A stretch of 64,000 nucleotides of DNA from Candidatus Melainabacteria bacterium 17Bon1m (lineage in GTDB: Bacteria > Cyanobacteriota > Vampirovibrionia > Obscuribacterales > Obscuribacteraceae), in assembly GCA_032128875.1 (NCBI GenBank), contig JAVLKG010000007.1:96001-160000 (forward strand). Reading direction: 5' to 3'. Below are positions 1 to 9,656 of the stretch, piece after piece (the first letter of the stretch is position 1; each line of letters begins with the position of its first letter). A model generated the notes under the pieces. It was not told the DNA's origin. It ran no database searches and worked only from the letters and a program-made list of their open reading frames with translations. Made by a program: the position numbers and the translations under genes.

Positions 1-56
1 TCCGACCAGACCATTTGTCTGGTCTCCTGCCACGCCGTTACTAAGACAACACTTGC

Positions 57-557
57 ATGACAGCCCCCCAAGCCCCACTTGCACCGCCACCCCCATTGGC
101 GAGTTTGAACGAAGACCAGTCGAGATCGACTGCAGGTCTTGATTCACCGCCTCTTCAAACAGAAGAAAACAGATTGAACGGCGCCGATGTCCTGGCCGGA
201 CTCAATCAAAATGCGCCTCCCGATGAATATTGGGAAGACGAAATTCCTCGCGAGGACGCAGCAGCAACCAGTGACGCTGCGCTAGAAGCCACTCCTGAAG
301 CCGATTCAAAACCAAAGAAATACGATTTCTTCGGTCATGTCCATGACATTGCTTACAGCGCAAACGCAGAAAAGACAGGCCCGGACTTCAAAGCGATGGA
401 AAGGGAAATGGTCGACAAAAACCTGCTGCCGGTTTTTGCAATTTCAGAAAGTTTTTCCCCACCGCCTCTTTTCGCTTTAAACAGTGGACAAGACAGGACT
501 CAAAAGTCGCTCAATCACTACCGCGACAAATATTTTGAACTGAAAGCACAAGCCTAG
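57..557 (+). CDS. Hypothetical protein with acidic, low-complexity N-terminus
   Basis: 166-aa ORF; its ATG overlaps the TGA of an open frame running in from the window edge (ATGA); no recognisable domain. Confidence 0.6.
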   Translation: MTAPQAPLAPPPPLASLNEDQSRSTAGLDSPPLQTEENRLNGADVLAGLNQNAPPDEYWEDEIPREDAAATSDAALEATPEADSKPKKYDFFGHVHDIAYSANAEKTGPDFKAMEREMVDKNLLPVFAISESFSPPPLFALNSGQDRTQKSLNHYRDKYFELKAQA

Positions 558-625
558 TATAAAAAACGGAAGAGTGCCGCGCCACCATCTGCGGTGCACG
601 ACCTGCAGGTAATGGCGGAAAAACC

Positions 626-1399
626 CTAACGTTTTACAGCCTTGAGAATGAGCTTATCGTCTGTGTAGGAGATGGGTTTTCCATCTTTGATTTCAATTGC
701 ATAGTGCTCTTTCGCTACATCAGGAGCCTGTAAAAACATTGCGCGCACTTGCTCTTTCAATTCAGACGAACAACCGGAATTGGACATCCACTCTTCGATG
801 CTATGCGTTTTTCGATAGAGTTCGCTGCGCACAACACGCAGCCCAGAATGAATCAACATGCGCCGCCACTCTCGTTTTGTGTAAGCGCGAATGTGGGTAG
901 GATCGCGCAGCTTCTCCAACGAATTGACGAATCTGTCGAGCCGCTTCGATTGCGGAGAGATACTGTCTTCAAGGATAAACGCGCCACCAGGCTTAAGCAC
1001 ACGCGCAATCTCGTCGACCGCCTTCTGGATGTCCAGAAAGTGATGAGGCGCAATTCGGCAGGTCACAGCGTCGAATGTGTTGTCTGAAAAGTTAAGCGCT
1101 TCTACATCGACAACTACCGCATCTGTGTTGGATAGCCCCTTTGAAGCAAACAGCTTCTTTGTCTGCTCAATCATCTCCGGCGAAAGATCCGAGGCTGTCA
1201 CATGTTCGACATTAGGTGCAATCGTGGCTGCTGTATGTCCAGCACCGGTTGCAACATCTAAAACACGCATGTGGGGCTGCGCTTCCAGATAAGCGAGGAC
1301 AATCTGAAGATCGGAACCCAGTGCGTGAGTCTTACTCATCGCATATTTTTCGGCGTTTGAGCCAAACTGGCGTTTTACATCATCTTTAGTGGTAGTCAT
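626..1399 (-). CDS. Class I SAM-dependent methyltransferase (UbiE/YcgJ-like)
   Basis: VLDVATGAGH motif I, FDAVTCRIAPHHF, LKPGG, RDPTH; start placed at MTTTK. Confidence 0.9.
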   Translation of the reverse strand: MTTTKDDVKRQFGSNAEKYAMSKTHALGSDLQIVLAYLEAQPHMRVLDVATGAGHTAATIAPNVEHVTASDLSPEMIEQTKKLFASKGLSNTDAVVVDVEALNFSDNTFDAVTCRIAPHHFLDIQKAVDEIARVLKPGGAFILEDSISPQSKRLDRFVNSLEKLRDPTHIRAYTKREWRRMLIHSGLRVVRSELYRKTHSIEEWMSNSGCSSELKEQVRAMFLQAPDVAKEHYAIEIKDGKPISYTDDKLILKAVKR

Positions 1400-1455
1400 G
1401 TGCGCCCCCAATTCCATATTGAAAGGATAGCTGATTGTTGCAAGTAGTCGTGGCC

Positions 1456-1507
1456 GCAGGGGAGGCGCATGCGCCTCCCTGAGCAGGAGACTGCACGCGG
1501 CGCTCTA
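1456..1507. repeat. REP-like palindromic element
   Basis: GCAGGGGAGGCGCATGCGCCTCCCT hairpin with the same layout as the GTAG-type copies at 9224, 23400 and 49936. Confidence 0.55.
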
Positions 1508-1564
1508 TTCCGCAAAATTCAGCACCTGTTACGAGTTTCTATAGTATCAATCATGCCAAAGCAG

Positions 1565-1601
1565 AAAAGCGGGAGAGAGTATTGAGCACTCTCCCCCGTT
1601 T
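1565..1601 (-). terminator. Intrinsic terminator downstream of the FadJ-like gene
   Basis: GGGAGAGAGT/ACTCTCCCCC stem flanked by A and T runs. Confidence 0.6.
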
Positions 1602-1671
1602 CCTGCCGGACGATGCAACGAATGTCTGTCAGAGACAGACTAGGCTGATCGACGATCAACCTAGACCTGCA

Positions 1672-3843
1672 TCAGTCCTGATAGAACGCCTGACCGCGAG
1701 CGGCCATGTCCTTGATGAGCTGGCAAGGCGCGTAGTTTTCACCCGCAACCTTGGACAGCATCTCGAGCTTCTGGTGCACGACCTTGATGCCCACGCTGTC
1801 GGCGTAGCGCAGCGGACCACCCAGGAAGGGCGGGAAGCCGGTGCCGAAGATCATGGCGAGATCGAGCGTGCGCGGATCGGACACGATGCCCGACTCCAGA
1901 ACGCGCGCCGCCTCGTTGACCATGGCGAGCGCCAGACGATCCTGAATCTCACCACGCTGCTTCTTGACCGGCTGCGCAGTGACCCAGGCCTGGACCTTCG
2001 GGTTGATGCCGGCGCGCTTGCCCTCGGCGTAGGCGTAGATGCCCTCGCCGCCCTTCTTGCCGACCAGCTTCGCCTCGTCGACCTTCTTGAGGATGGTCGG
2101 GGGGTTCAGACGGTCGCCGAAGGCGTTGTGCAGAACGCGCGCGACGTGACCGGCAACATCCAGCCCGACTTCGTCGAGCAGGGTGAGCGGACCCATCGGC
2201 ATGCCGAAGGACTGCATCGTCTTCTCGATGTCCTCAGCCGCAACGCCCTGCTCGAGCAGCCGAACGGCTTCCAGCAGGTAGGGCGTGAGGATGGCGTTGA
2301 CGATGAAGCCGGCACGGTCGAGACAGAAGACCGTGGTCTTGCCCAGCTTGAGCGAGAACTCCTGAGCCGAAGCCGCAGCCGCGTCAGAAGTGGTGTCGCC
2401 GTAGATGATCTCGACGAGAGGCATCTTGTGCACCGGGTTGAAGAAGTGCACGCCCACGACGAGTTCGGGGTTGCGAGCGCCGGACGCCATCTCGCTGATG
2501 GACAGCGAAGACGTGTTGGTCGCGAAGATGAACGGCTTCTTGATGACCTTTTCCAGGTCGGCCAGCACGATCTTCTTCACCTTCATCACTTCGACGACGG
2601 CTTCGATCACCATGTCGCAGTCAGCCATGTCGGCGTAGTCGAGCGTGCCGTGGACGGCAGCCAGACGCGAAGCACCTTCGGTGGCCGAGAGCTTCTTCTT
2701 AGCGACCAGACCATCGAACAGTCCCTTCACGGTCGCCATGCCGGCGTCCAGAGCTTCCTGTTTGATGTCCTTGAGCACGACGTCGTAGCCGGCGTAGGCA
2801 GCCGCCTGAGCGATGCCCGCGCCCATGACGCCAGCGCCGATGACGCCGACCTTCTTGATCTTGAGAGCCGGTGCCGCGTTGTTGCGCGCCTTCTTCGACT
2901 CGGTCTGAGCGAAGAAAATGTTCACCAGGTTCTTGGACACGGCGCTGACAGCCAGGCGCCCGAAAGCGCGCGACTCAGCTTCGTAGGCGCCGGCGCGATC
3001 GGCCTTGTTGCCGACTGCTTTCACGGCGACCTTCAGGGCGTCGACGGGAGCCGGGTACTTGCCGCGAGTCTCCTTCATCACACCAGCCATCGCAGCCTTG
3101 AACACAAGGGCGCGACCGGCAGCGGTGTTGGTGAGGAAGTTCTCGACGGCGCGCACCTTCATGGGCTTCACATAGCGCTTCACCTTGCCGGTGAGAGCGA
3201 TCTGCTCAGCACGCTCCAGGAGCGACGCTTCCTCGACAGTCTCGTCGACCAGACCGAGCCGCCACGCCTTGTGCGCGTCAGCGGTGGCGCCGGTCAGAAG
3301 ACCGCCCCAGCCGATGCCCTTGGGCAGGAACGGAAGGGGCGGCAGGACCGCCGAGGGAAGACCGATCAGGCGAGGCAGGCGAACGGTGCCGCCCCAGCCG
3401 GGGATGAAGCCGAGCTTCACTTCCGGCAGACCGATGGCGGTCTTGGGATGGTTGGAGGCGATGCGGTAGTGGCACGCGAGAGACATCTCGGTGCCGCCTC
3501 CGAGGCAGATGCCGTTGATGGCGACGACGACGCGGAAAGGCATCTTCTCGATCTTCGAGAAGATTTCCTTGCCGACGTTGCTCGCGTCATAGGCGGCTTT
3601 GGCGGTCTGATTCTGGACCGCCTGGATCTCTTCGATGTTAGCGCCGAACACGAAATTGTCGGGCTTACCGGAGTGGATAACCATGCCCTTAACGGCTTTG
3701 TCGCTGGCAGCCTGATCGAGACATGCGATCAGGTCCCGGAGCACCCGCTCGGACAGCAAGTTGTACTTGCTGTCCGGCAGGTCCAGGGTCACCAACGCCA
3801 CGCCGCTATTGAGCATCTTCATGGTCACAGCTGGCTTAGTCAT
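1672..3843 (-). CDS. fadJ: Multifunctional fatty-acid oxidation complex alpha subunit (enoyl-CoA hydratase / 3-hydroxyacyl-CoA dehydrogenase), FadJ/FadB family
   Basis: CLGGGTE...GLPEVKLG crotonase motif, GVIGAGVMG Rossmann motif, ATNTSSL, HFFNP, GMPMGP, GTGFPPFLGGP. Confidence 0.93.
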   Translation of the reverse strand: MTKPAVTMKMLNSGVALVTLDLPDSKYNLLSERVLRDLIACLDQAASDKAVKGMVIHSGKPDNFVFGANIEEIQAVQNQTAKAAYDASNVGKEIFSKIEKMPFRVVVAINGICLGGGTEMSLACHYRIASNHPKTAIGLPEVKLGFIPGWGGTVRLPRLIGLPSAVLPPLPFLPKGIGWGGLLTGATADAHKAWRLGLVDETVEEASLLERAEQIALTGKVKRYVKPMKVRAVENFLTNTAAGRALVFKAAMAGVMKETRGKYPAPVDALKVAVKAVGNKADRAGAYEAESRAFGRLAVSAVSKNLVNIFFAQTESKKARNNAAPALKIKKVGVIGAGVMGAGIAQAAAYAGYDVVLKDIKQEALDAGMATVKGLFDGLVAKKKLSATEGASRLAAVHGTLDYADMADCDMVIEAVVEVMKVKKIVLADLEKVIKKPFIFATNTSSLSISEMASGARNPELVVGVHFFNPVHKMPLVEIIYGDTTSDAAAASAQEFSLKLGKTTVFCLDRAGFIVNAILTPYLLEAVRLLEQGVAAEDIEKTMQSFGMPMGPLTLLDEVGLDVAGHVARVLHNAFGDRLNPPTILKKVDEAKLVGKKGGEGIYAYAEGKRAGINPKVQAWVTAQPVKKQRGEIQDRLALAMVNEAARVLESGIVSDPRTLDLAMIFGTGFPPFLGGPLRYADSVGIKVVHQKLEMLSKVAGENYAPCQLIKDMAARGQAFYQD

Positions 3844-3913
3844 AGGTTCCTCGTTTTTGTTTTGGAACTTGGAAGTAGGGAACGAGTTTGCAACTCAACG
3901 AGTGATGAGATGC

Positions 3914-5164
3914 TCACGCCGACGGGTTTTCGATCAGGGTCGCGATGCCCATACCGCCGCCGATGCAGAGTGCAGCGATGCCGCGCTTCTTGCCCTGACG
4001 CTTCAGCTCGTGAGCGAGCGTCAGCAGAACGCGAGCGCCGGACATGCCGATCGGGTGACCGAGGGCGATGGCGCCACCGTTCACGTTGACCTTGTTGCGG
4101 TCCAGACCAAGCAGCTTCTCGCAGGCCAGGTACTGGGCGGCGAAGGCTTCGTTGATCTCGATGAGGTCGATGTCGGCGATGGTCAGATTGTTCGCGGCGA
4201 GAAGCTTGTTGATGGCTTCCACCGGACCAATGCCCATCTGTTCGTGGTCGACGCCGGCAACCGCGTGGTCGACGAGCAGCGCGAGCGGCTCGACGCCAAG
4301 CTCGGCAACCTTCTCGTCAGACGCGACCAGCAGCGCGCAGGCACCGTCATTGATACCAGAGCTATTGCCAGCGGTGATGTCCTGAGTCTTCAGAACACCG
4401 CCCAGGCTGTTGAGCTTCTCCAGGGTGGTGCCACCCGGATTGCGCTCGGACTTGACGCCGCGAGCGTGCTCGTCACGGCTGAAGAAGCCGCGGCCGGTCT
4501 CGATGGGCTCAATTTCCACATCGAAGCGTCCGGACGTGATGGCCGCATGCGCGCGCTCCTGAGAGCGATACGCGTAGGCATCGGCGTCTGCACGCGCGAT
4601 CTGATAGGTGTTGGCCAGGCGCTGAGCCGTGCCGGACATGTAGACGGTCTTCATGTCCCAGATGAGCTTCAGAGGCGCCAGACCGTTGTCGGCCAGCGCG
4701 ATGACAGGGCGGGGGCCCTGCGGCTTGATCCACTTGCTGAACCACTTCACGATGGGTCCAGACCAGCGGAGGCTGCCGGGGAGTTGGTAAGGGATGGTGG
4801 ACATGGACTCGGCGCCGACGGCAAGCACGAGGTCAGCCTTTCCCAGCCAGATCTTTTCAGCGGCGTTGTTCGCGGCTTCCATGCCGGAACCACACTGACG
4901 CTGAACAGTCACAGCGGGAACGGAGTCAGGCACGCCCGCGAGCTGCGCAGAGACACGACCAGTGTTGGGCGTGTAGGACGACTGGTAGCCGTGACCCATG
5001 ATCACCGCGTCCACTGCGGACGGGTTGACCTTGGACCGGCGCAGAACGCCCTTGATCACATGCGCTGCAAGCGTGTCGACAGTGACCGATCGCAGAGATT
5101 TGCCGAACGAGCCAATCGGAGTCCGAACACCAGAGATGAGCCAGGCATTTTTCTTGGCTGTCAT
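3914..5164 (-). CDS. fadA: Acetyl-CoA acyltransferase (thiolase), FadA/FadI family
   Basis: QCGSG, NEAFA, GHPIG and CIGGG catalytic motifs; AGGAGA RBS before MTAKK. Confidence 0.92.
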   Translation of the reverse strand: MTAKKNAWLISGVRTPIGSFGKSLRSVTVDTLAAHVIKGVLRRSKVNPSAVDAVIMGHGYQSSYTPNTGRVSAQLAGVPDSVPAVTVQRQCGSGMEAANNAAEKIWLGKADLVLAVGAESMSTIPYQLPGSLRWSGPIVKWFSKWIKPQGPRPVIALADNGLAPLKLIWDMKTVYMSGTAQRLANTYQIARADADAYAYRSQERAHAAITSGRFDVEIEPIETGRGFFSRDEHARGVKSERNPGGTTLEKLNSLGGVLKTQDITAGNSSGINDGACALLVASDEKVAELGVEPLALLVDHAVAGVDHEQMGIGPVEAINKLLAANNLTIADIDLIEINEAFAAQYLACEKLLGLDRNKVNVNGGAIALGHPIGMSGARVLLTLAHELKRQGKKRGIAALCIGGGMGIATLIENPSA

Positions 5165-5325
5165 TGTTTTTCTCCTAGTAGACTCTTGCAGGAGGGCACC
5201 CGTGACAACGAGTCGCCGAGCGCCCTCCAGCAGGTTTGCCAAGCGAAGAAGTCGCTTGACTGATTTAGCTTAGCAGTAACGAGATCGCCTTGGTGTGCGT
5301 TTGAACCAGACCTTTCGGCTAGTTC

Positions 5326-6411
5326 TTAGTACAGCCCGTGCTTGGCCATCAGCTCATCGGTCATCGCAGCAAGCGTGCCTTCCTGAGCGTCGGTGCAGAC
5401 GAACTGAATCTCCTTGAAGCGCTCGGCGATCTCGTTCGCCCGCGCCAGGTTGTCACCGGCAAGTACACCGCTGGCAGTGAGTGCCGGCAGCGAACCCATG
5501 AAGCCCGCCATGACCGCTTGCCACTTCTGGTCGCGCGTGAGCGTGAACTGAAGCGAGCGGAAGTTCATGGCAGTCGGTGTTGCGAGCATGAGCCCACCCT
5601 CGCCGGTCAGGTCTTCCTGGTCCGGCGGGATGCACTCATCACCGCAGATGGTCTTCCACAGCTTGTAGATGCGGCGCGACCACTTCGACGAGTCATCGCC
5701 GACGTCCATCGCCACAATCTTGTTGCGGGAAGCACCGAAGAACGTCTGCACGAGACCGACAGGGCAGCGCCCTTCCGGACCCATTGCACCGTCGTGAAGA
5801 AGCACGTCCTCGAAAGGCACAGCGTCGATCACACCCGGAACAGCGCACGAACCGCGAACGGCGATGCCGAGCGGACCGGGCTTGTCCGAGAGCTGGATGA
5901 TGTTGCCATCTTCCTTGTGCTCGTAGATGCCGTGATCAGTGAAGACGTAGCGCGAACGACCGGCGACAGCCATCGTCCAGTAGCCCTTGGGCCAGCCGGA
6001 TTCGGTGACATTGTCGCCCGCCTTCTTAGCGAGGTCTTCGAGGAAAGTGCCGAGTTTCTCCGAGCTCATCACGCCCTTCACCGGACGAGTCTTCTCGTAC
6101 CGGCGCTGCATGAAGTAAGCGAAGATAATCTTGAAGATGCCGGAATGGCGAGTCAGCTTCTCGGCGAAATCGAGGTCAAGAGCGAGGTGAGTCAGCTCCT
6201 TTGCGTCCATTCCGAGAGCGAGAAGCGCGGTGGGGATGGAACCGCCGCTGATGCCGCCCATGGAGTGGAACTTCTTTTGCCCAGCGACGCTGAGAGCCAA
6301 GACAGTTCCAGTCCCGGCGAGGATAGCCCGCGACCCGCCGCTGCCACAGACAAGATGCAGTGACGGCGTATCGAGGTTGCGAGCACCAGAGTCATTATTT
6401 TGCGTTGTCAT
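5326..6411 (-). CDS. Patatin-like phospholipase
   Basis: GSGGSR glycine loop, GISGG nucleophile (GxSxG), SCAVPG, DGA catalytic Asp motif. Confidence 0.85.
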   Translation of the reverse strand: MTTQNNDSGARNLDTPSLHLVCGSGGSRAILAGTGTVLALSVAGQKKFHSMGGISGGSIPTALLALGMDAKELTHLALDLDFAEKLTRHSGIFKIIFAYFMQRRYEKTRPVKGVMSSEKLGTFLEDLAKKAGDNVTESGWPKGYWTMAVAGRSRYVFTDHGIYEHKEDGNIIQLSDKPGPLGIAVRGSCAVPGVIDAVPFEDVLLHDGAMGPEGRCPVGLVQTFFGASRNKIVAMDVGDDSSKWSRRIYKLWKTICGDECIPPDQEDLTGEGGLMLATPTAMNFRSLQFTLTRDQKWQAVMAGFMGSLPALTASGVLAGDNLARANEIAERFKEIQFVCTDAQEGTLAAMTDELMAKHGLY

Positions 6412-7287
6412 GGTGCGCTCCAATTAGAGGCCGATGTCCGCACCAGAGCAGGGGGGACACTTTTTCTGTTTGAGAGACGGCCTGTCATTTAAGCCAGCCA
6501 AAAATGGCAGGCGTGAAACTTAGACAGAAAGAACAGAGAAGGAATTCGGGTTAGAGGGTGGTGAAAGAAAAAAATGGAAGCGATAAAAGTACTCGTGAAA
6601 TCTAGGAAGTTTGGAGGCCCAATAACAATCGCCTTCTTCAGCCTTTTGGCTTAATAGATCTCATTCAGAGCTACGGATTAACTAGAGTTTGTAATTAGCG
6701 CTGATTTCTTACCTCGAAAAGAAGCCATGAACATGACATCCTCAAAGCGGCAACGAACCTCTTTTCAACTCGACCAAACACACAAAACACGCGCCGTTTA
6801 CCACTCGCTCCGGCTCCGCCAGTGATACCACTCCCTCATGACTTCTAATTGTCAAGACCGCGATGCTAAGCGGTTTTGCTTACAAACGGCCGAGCTGTGT
6901 CACAACCGATCACAGCTCACGCCGCTTTGCTAAGTTCGATCGCATCGATCGCTGTTTTCAATGTCAGGCTGCGCACCAAAGCCAATACCACGACTTTTGC
7001 ATGAGCCGTTTCTCTTTTCTTGAACTCTTGAGATAGCGCGAAATGACCTTGTAGTCTGAGACGTTTATTTTGCAACTAATTCGTTTACACGTTCCCGGCT
7101 TCTAACTAAGTCTCCACAGCACTTCTACAGCTCTCCACTCGCTCTTTCGGGAGTGTCGGGGAGCTTTTGCTCTTGAGTTCAGTACAAGCCCGGATCTTGT
7201 CTCAACCAAATCTAGCCACAGCTCAGAACTTTAGCTCCTGAGCTCATTCTGCGTTCCCTTTCAACGAAACGCACCAAGGAGTTATAC

Positions 7288-9186
7288 ATGGCATCACAAG
7301 AAACACTGATCCATCGCTTCTGGCGCCACGTCTTCGAGAAATCTCACCGTCCCGCCTTCCTCGTGAAGAACCGGCGACCGCTTGGTGAGCCAATCTTGAT
7401 TGGCGGTGGTCCAATGCATGCTCCGCATGTCTATGTTCCGAAACGCGAGCCTTACGTTGCGCTTACTTTCGAGGACGCTGGCGTGCTCGTTGCGGAAATC
7501 GTGAACTTCCTTCGCCAGTGCGGCTTCAAGCGCGGCGATAAGGCAGCCATCCTGGCTTGGAACAAACCCGAATGGGTTTGGACGGATCTCGCGATCCAGA
7601 CCATGGGCGGCGTCACGGTTCCCATCTATCCGAACTCGAACGGCGAAGCAGTCGACTACATCCTGGCCAACTCCGGCGCGACCTTCCTTTTCGGTGACAG
7701 CTCCGAGCAGCTCGCCAAGGTCAGCCCCGATGCGCCGGTGAAGAAGTTCCTGCTCAACGAGGCGATCATCAACCTTGCCGACTACGAAGCGCAGGCTCCG
7801 AGCCGCAAGGAATACTCGATTCTGACTCGCAATCTGCTTCTCGAGATCGAGCAAGTGGTCAAAGGCGATCAGCGCAACGCGATTCTGGCCGGCGCTCTGG
7901 CGTCGATCACTCGCAGCGACCCGGCAACCATCATCTACACCTCCGGCTCGACCGGGCGGCCCAAGGGTGTCGTGCTCACGCATGGCAACATTGCCTCCGC
8001 CTGCGAGACCCTGAGTGAGACTGCCTTCCAGTTCAACGAGGAAGACGTCGCGCTCAGCTATCTGCCCCTCGCCCACGTGTACGAGCGAGTGGACGGCAAT
8101 GCGCTCACCCTGTGGAATGCCATCCCGTCTGCGTACTGCTCGCCCGAAGAGGTCGGTGACGTGCTTCCTGTCGTGAAGCCCACCATGCTCATCGGCGTGC
8201 CGGCGGTGTGGCGCAAGATGAAAGACAAGATCGACAAGAAGCTTGTCGCCGAAACCGGCGTCAAGGGCAAGCTTGTCTCCTGGGCACTCAAGCAGAACAA
8301 GCCAGGCTTCTGCCGCTGGCTTGCCGACAAGCTTGTGTTCAAGAAGGTGCGTGCAGGCATGGGCGGGCGCTTGCGCATCGTCATGTCCGGCGGCGCGGCT
8401 ATCTCGTCGGACATCCTCAACTTCTTCAACCTGGTCGGCATCAAGCTTCTGGAAGGTTACGGCATGACCGAAACCTCCGGCGGTGTGATCGTCAACACGC
8501 CCACTGCCAACAAGGTCGGCACCGTGGGCAAGGTCGTCTCCAACGTTCTCATCAAGGTCGTTCCGCGCGAAGCCGACCTGGACAAGCCGAACACCGGCGT
8601 GCTCTGGATGAAGAACAAGTACGAGCACGGTCCGATCTTCGGCGGCTACCTCGGTCTGCCGGAAGAGAACGCCAAGTCGTTCGACGCGGAGGGCTACTTC
8701 TGCTCGGGTGACGTCGTGCAGATCGTCGACGGTGACTACGTTGCCATCCGCGGTCGCGCCAAGCGGCAGTTCAAGACGGACCAGGGCAAGTACGTTTCGC
8801 CGGACGACGTCGAGAAGGCGTTCGACGGCGAGTCAATCGTGGGCTTCATGGTCCCGATCGGCGACGGTCTGCCGTTCGTCTCGGCACTCGTCTTCGTCAA
8901 CCAGCTCACAGCCAAGGATCACCTGAAGGCCAAGGGCATCACTGCTCCGTCCGGCCAGGATACCGCGGCATTCTACGCTTCGCATCCGGAGATCGTGCAG
9001 CTGATCGAACAGGCGAAGGAAACCGCCAACAAGAAGCTGCAGCGCTGGGAGACCGTCAAGAAGGTCACCATCCTGCCGGTGGAAGCGACCGTTGCAAACG
9101 GTCTGCTGACGCCGACTCTCAAGATTCGTGCCGAGGAAGCGATGAAACGCTACAAGGCCGAAATCGAGGCGATGTACAAGAAGTAA
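7288..9186 (+). CDS. fadD: Long-chain fatty acid-CoA ligase
   Basis: IIYTSGSTGRPKGV AMP-binding motif, YLPLAHVYER, EGYGMTE, GLLTPTLKI; AAGGAG RBS. Confidence 0.92.
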   Translation: MASQETLIHRFWRHVFEKSHRPAFLVKNRRPLGEPILIGGGPMHAPHVYVPKREPYVALTFEDAGVLVAEIVNFLRQCGFKRGDKAAILAWNKPEWVWTDLAIQTMGGVTVPIYPNSNGEAVDYILANSGATFLFGDSSEQLAKVSPDAPVKKFLLNEAIINLADYEAQAPSRKEYSILTRNLLLEIEQVVKGDQRNAILAGALASITRSDPATIIYTSGSTGRPKGVVLTHGNIASACETLSETAFQFNEEDVALSYLPLAHVYERVDGNALTLWNAIPSAYCSPEEVGDVLPVVKPTMLIGVPAVWRKMKDKIDKKLVAETGVKGKLVSWALKQNKPGFCRWLADKLVFKKVRAGMGGRLRIVMSGGAAISSDILNFFNLVGIKLLEGYGMTETSGGVIVNTPTANKVGTVGKVVSNVLIKVVPREADLDKPNTGVLWMKNKYEHGPIFGGYLGLPEENAKSFDAEGYFCSGDVVQIVDGDYVAIRGRAKRQFKTDQGKYVSPDDVEKAFDGESIVGFMVPIGDGLPFVSALVFVNQLTAKDHLKAKGITAPSGQDTAAFYASHPEIVQLIEQAKETANKKLQRWETVKKVTILPVEATVANGLLTPTLKIRAEEAMKRYKAEIEAMYKK

Positions 9187-9223
9187 TCGCTTCTTTTGTG
9201 TGTGGCACCCATGTGAGAACTTC

Positions 9224-9277
9224 GTAGGCAAGCCGCATGCGGCTTCCTGTTCAGGGCAGCGCCTGCGCTGCCCCTAC
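9224..9277. repeat. REP doublet (GTAG...CTAC) made of two GC-rich hairpins
   Basis: GTAGGCAAGCCGCATGCGGCTTCC and AGGGCAGCGCCTGCGCTGCCCCTAC in inverted orientation. Confidence 0.65.
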
Positions 9278-9374
9278 GGGGTTTTCATTGTGGGTGCGGC
9301 ACCCTGTCCTTGCTTGCTGCTAATGCAGATTATTCGAACCGGGCTTTAGGAGCCGGTTCGTAGAGGACAAAATC

Positions 9375-9656
9375 ATGAACACGTTTGCAAGCCTGATTCC
9401 CACCATTATCGTTGTGCTGGTCGTGGCGTTCACTTCCGGAGCAGTTCAGCAGCTCGTGCTGAATCTGTTCAACGTGAACAGCATCGCCAACCCCGGTACT
9501 CAGAAGTTCGTCCGCGCCGCTCTCAACGGTCTCGTCTTCACGGCGATGTTCGCGATCGGCTTCGCCCTCATCGGAAACCCGTACACCCTCGGATCCTTCC
9601 TGATGCTCTGGGTGATCGTCGGCGCCCTCGAGTACATCCTGCCGAGCCGGCGTTAA
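9375..9656 (+). CDS. Small membrane protein (~3 TM)
   Basis: GAGGA RBS; hydrophobic 93 aa; same C/G-ending codon bias as fadD. Confidence 0.8.
   Translation: MNTFASLIPTIIVVLVVAFTSGAVQQLVLNLFNVNSIANPGTQKFVRAALNGLVFTAMFAIGFALIGNPYTLGSFLMLWVIVGALEYILPSRR

Noticed and set aside
1582-8628. Long antisense ORFs (1582..4089, 3761..5263, 5338..6363, 7294..8628)
   Set aside because: They lie antisense to well-supported genes with strong C/G third-position bias, which removes stop codons on the opposite strand; they contain no protein motifs
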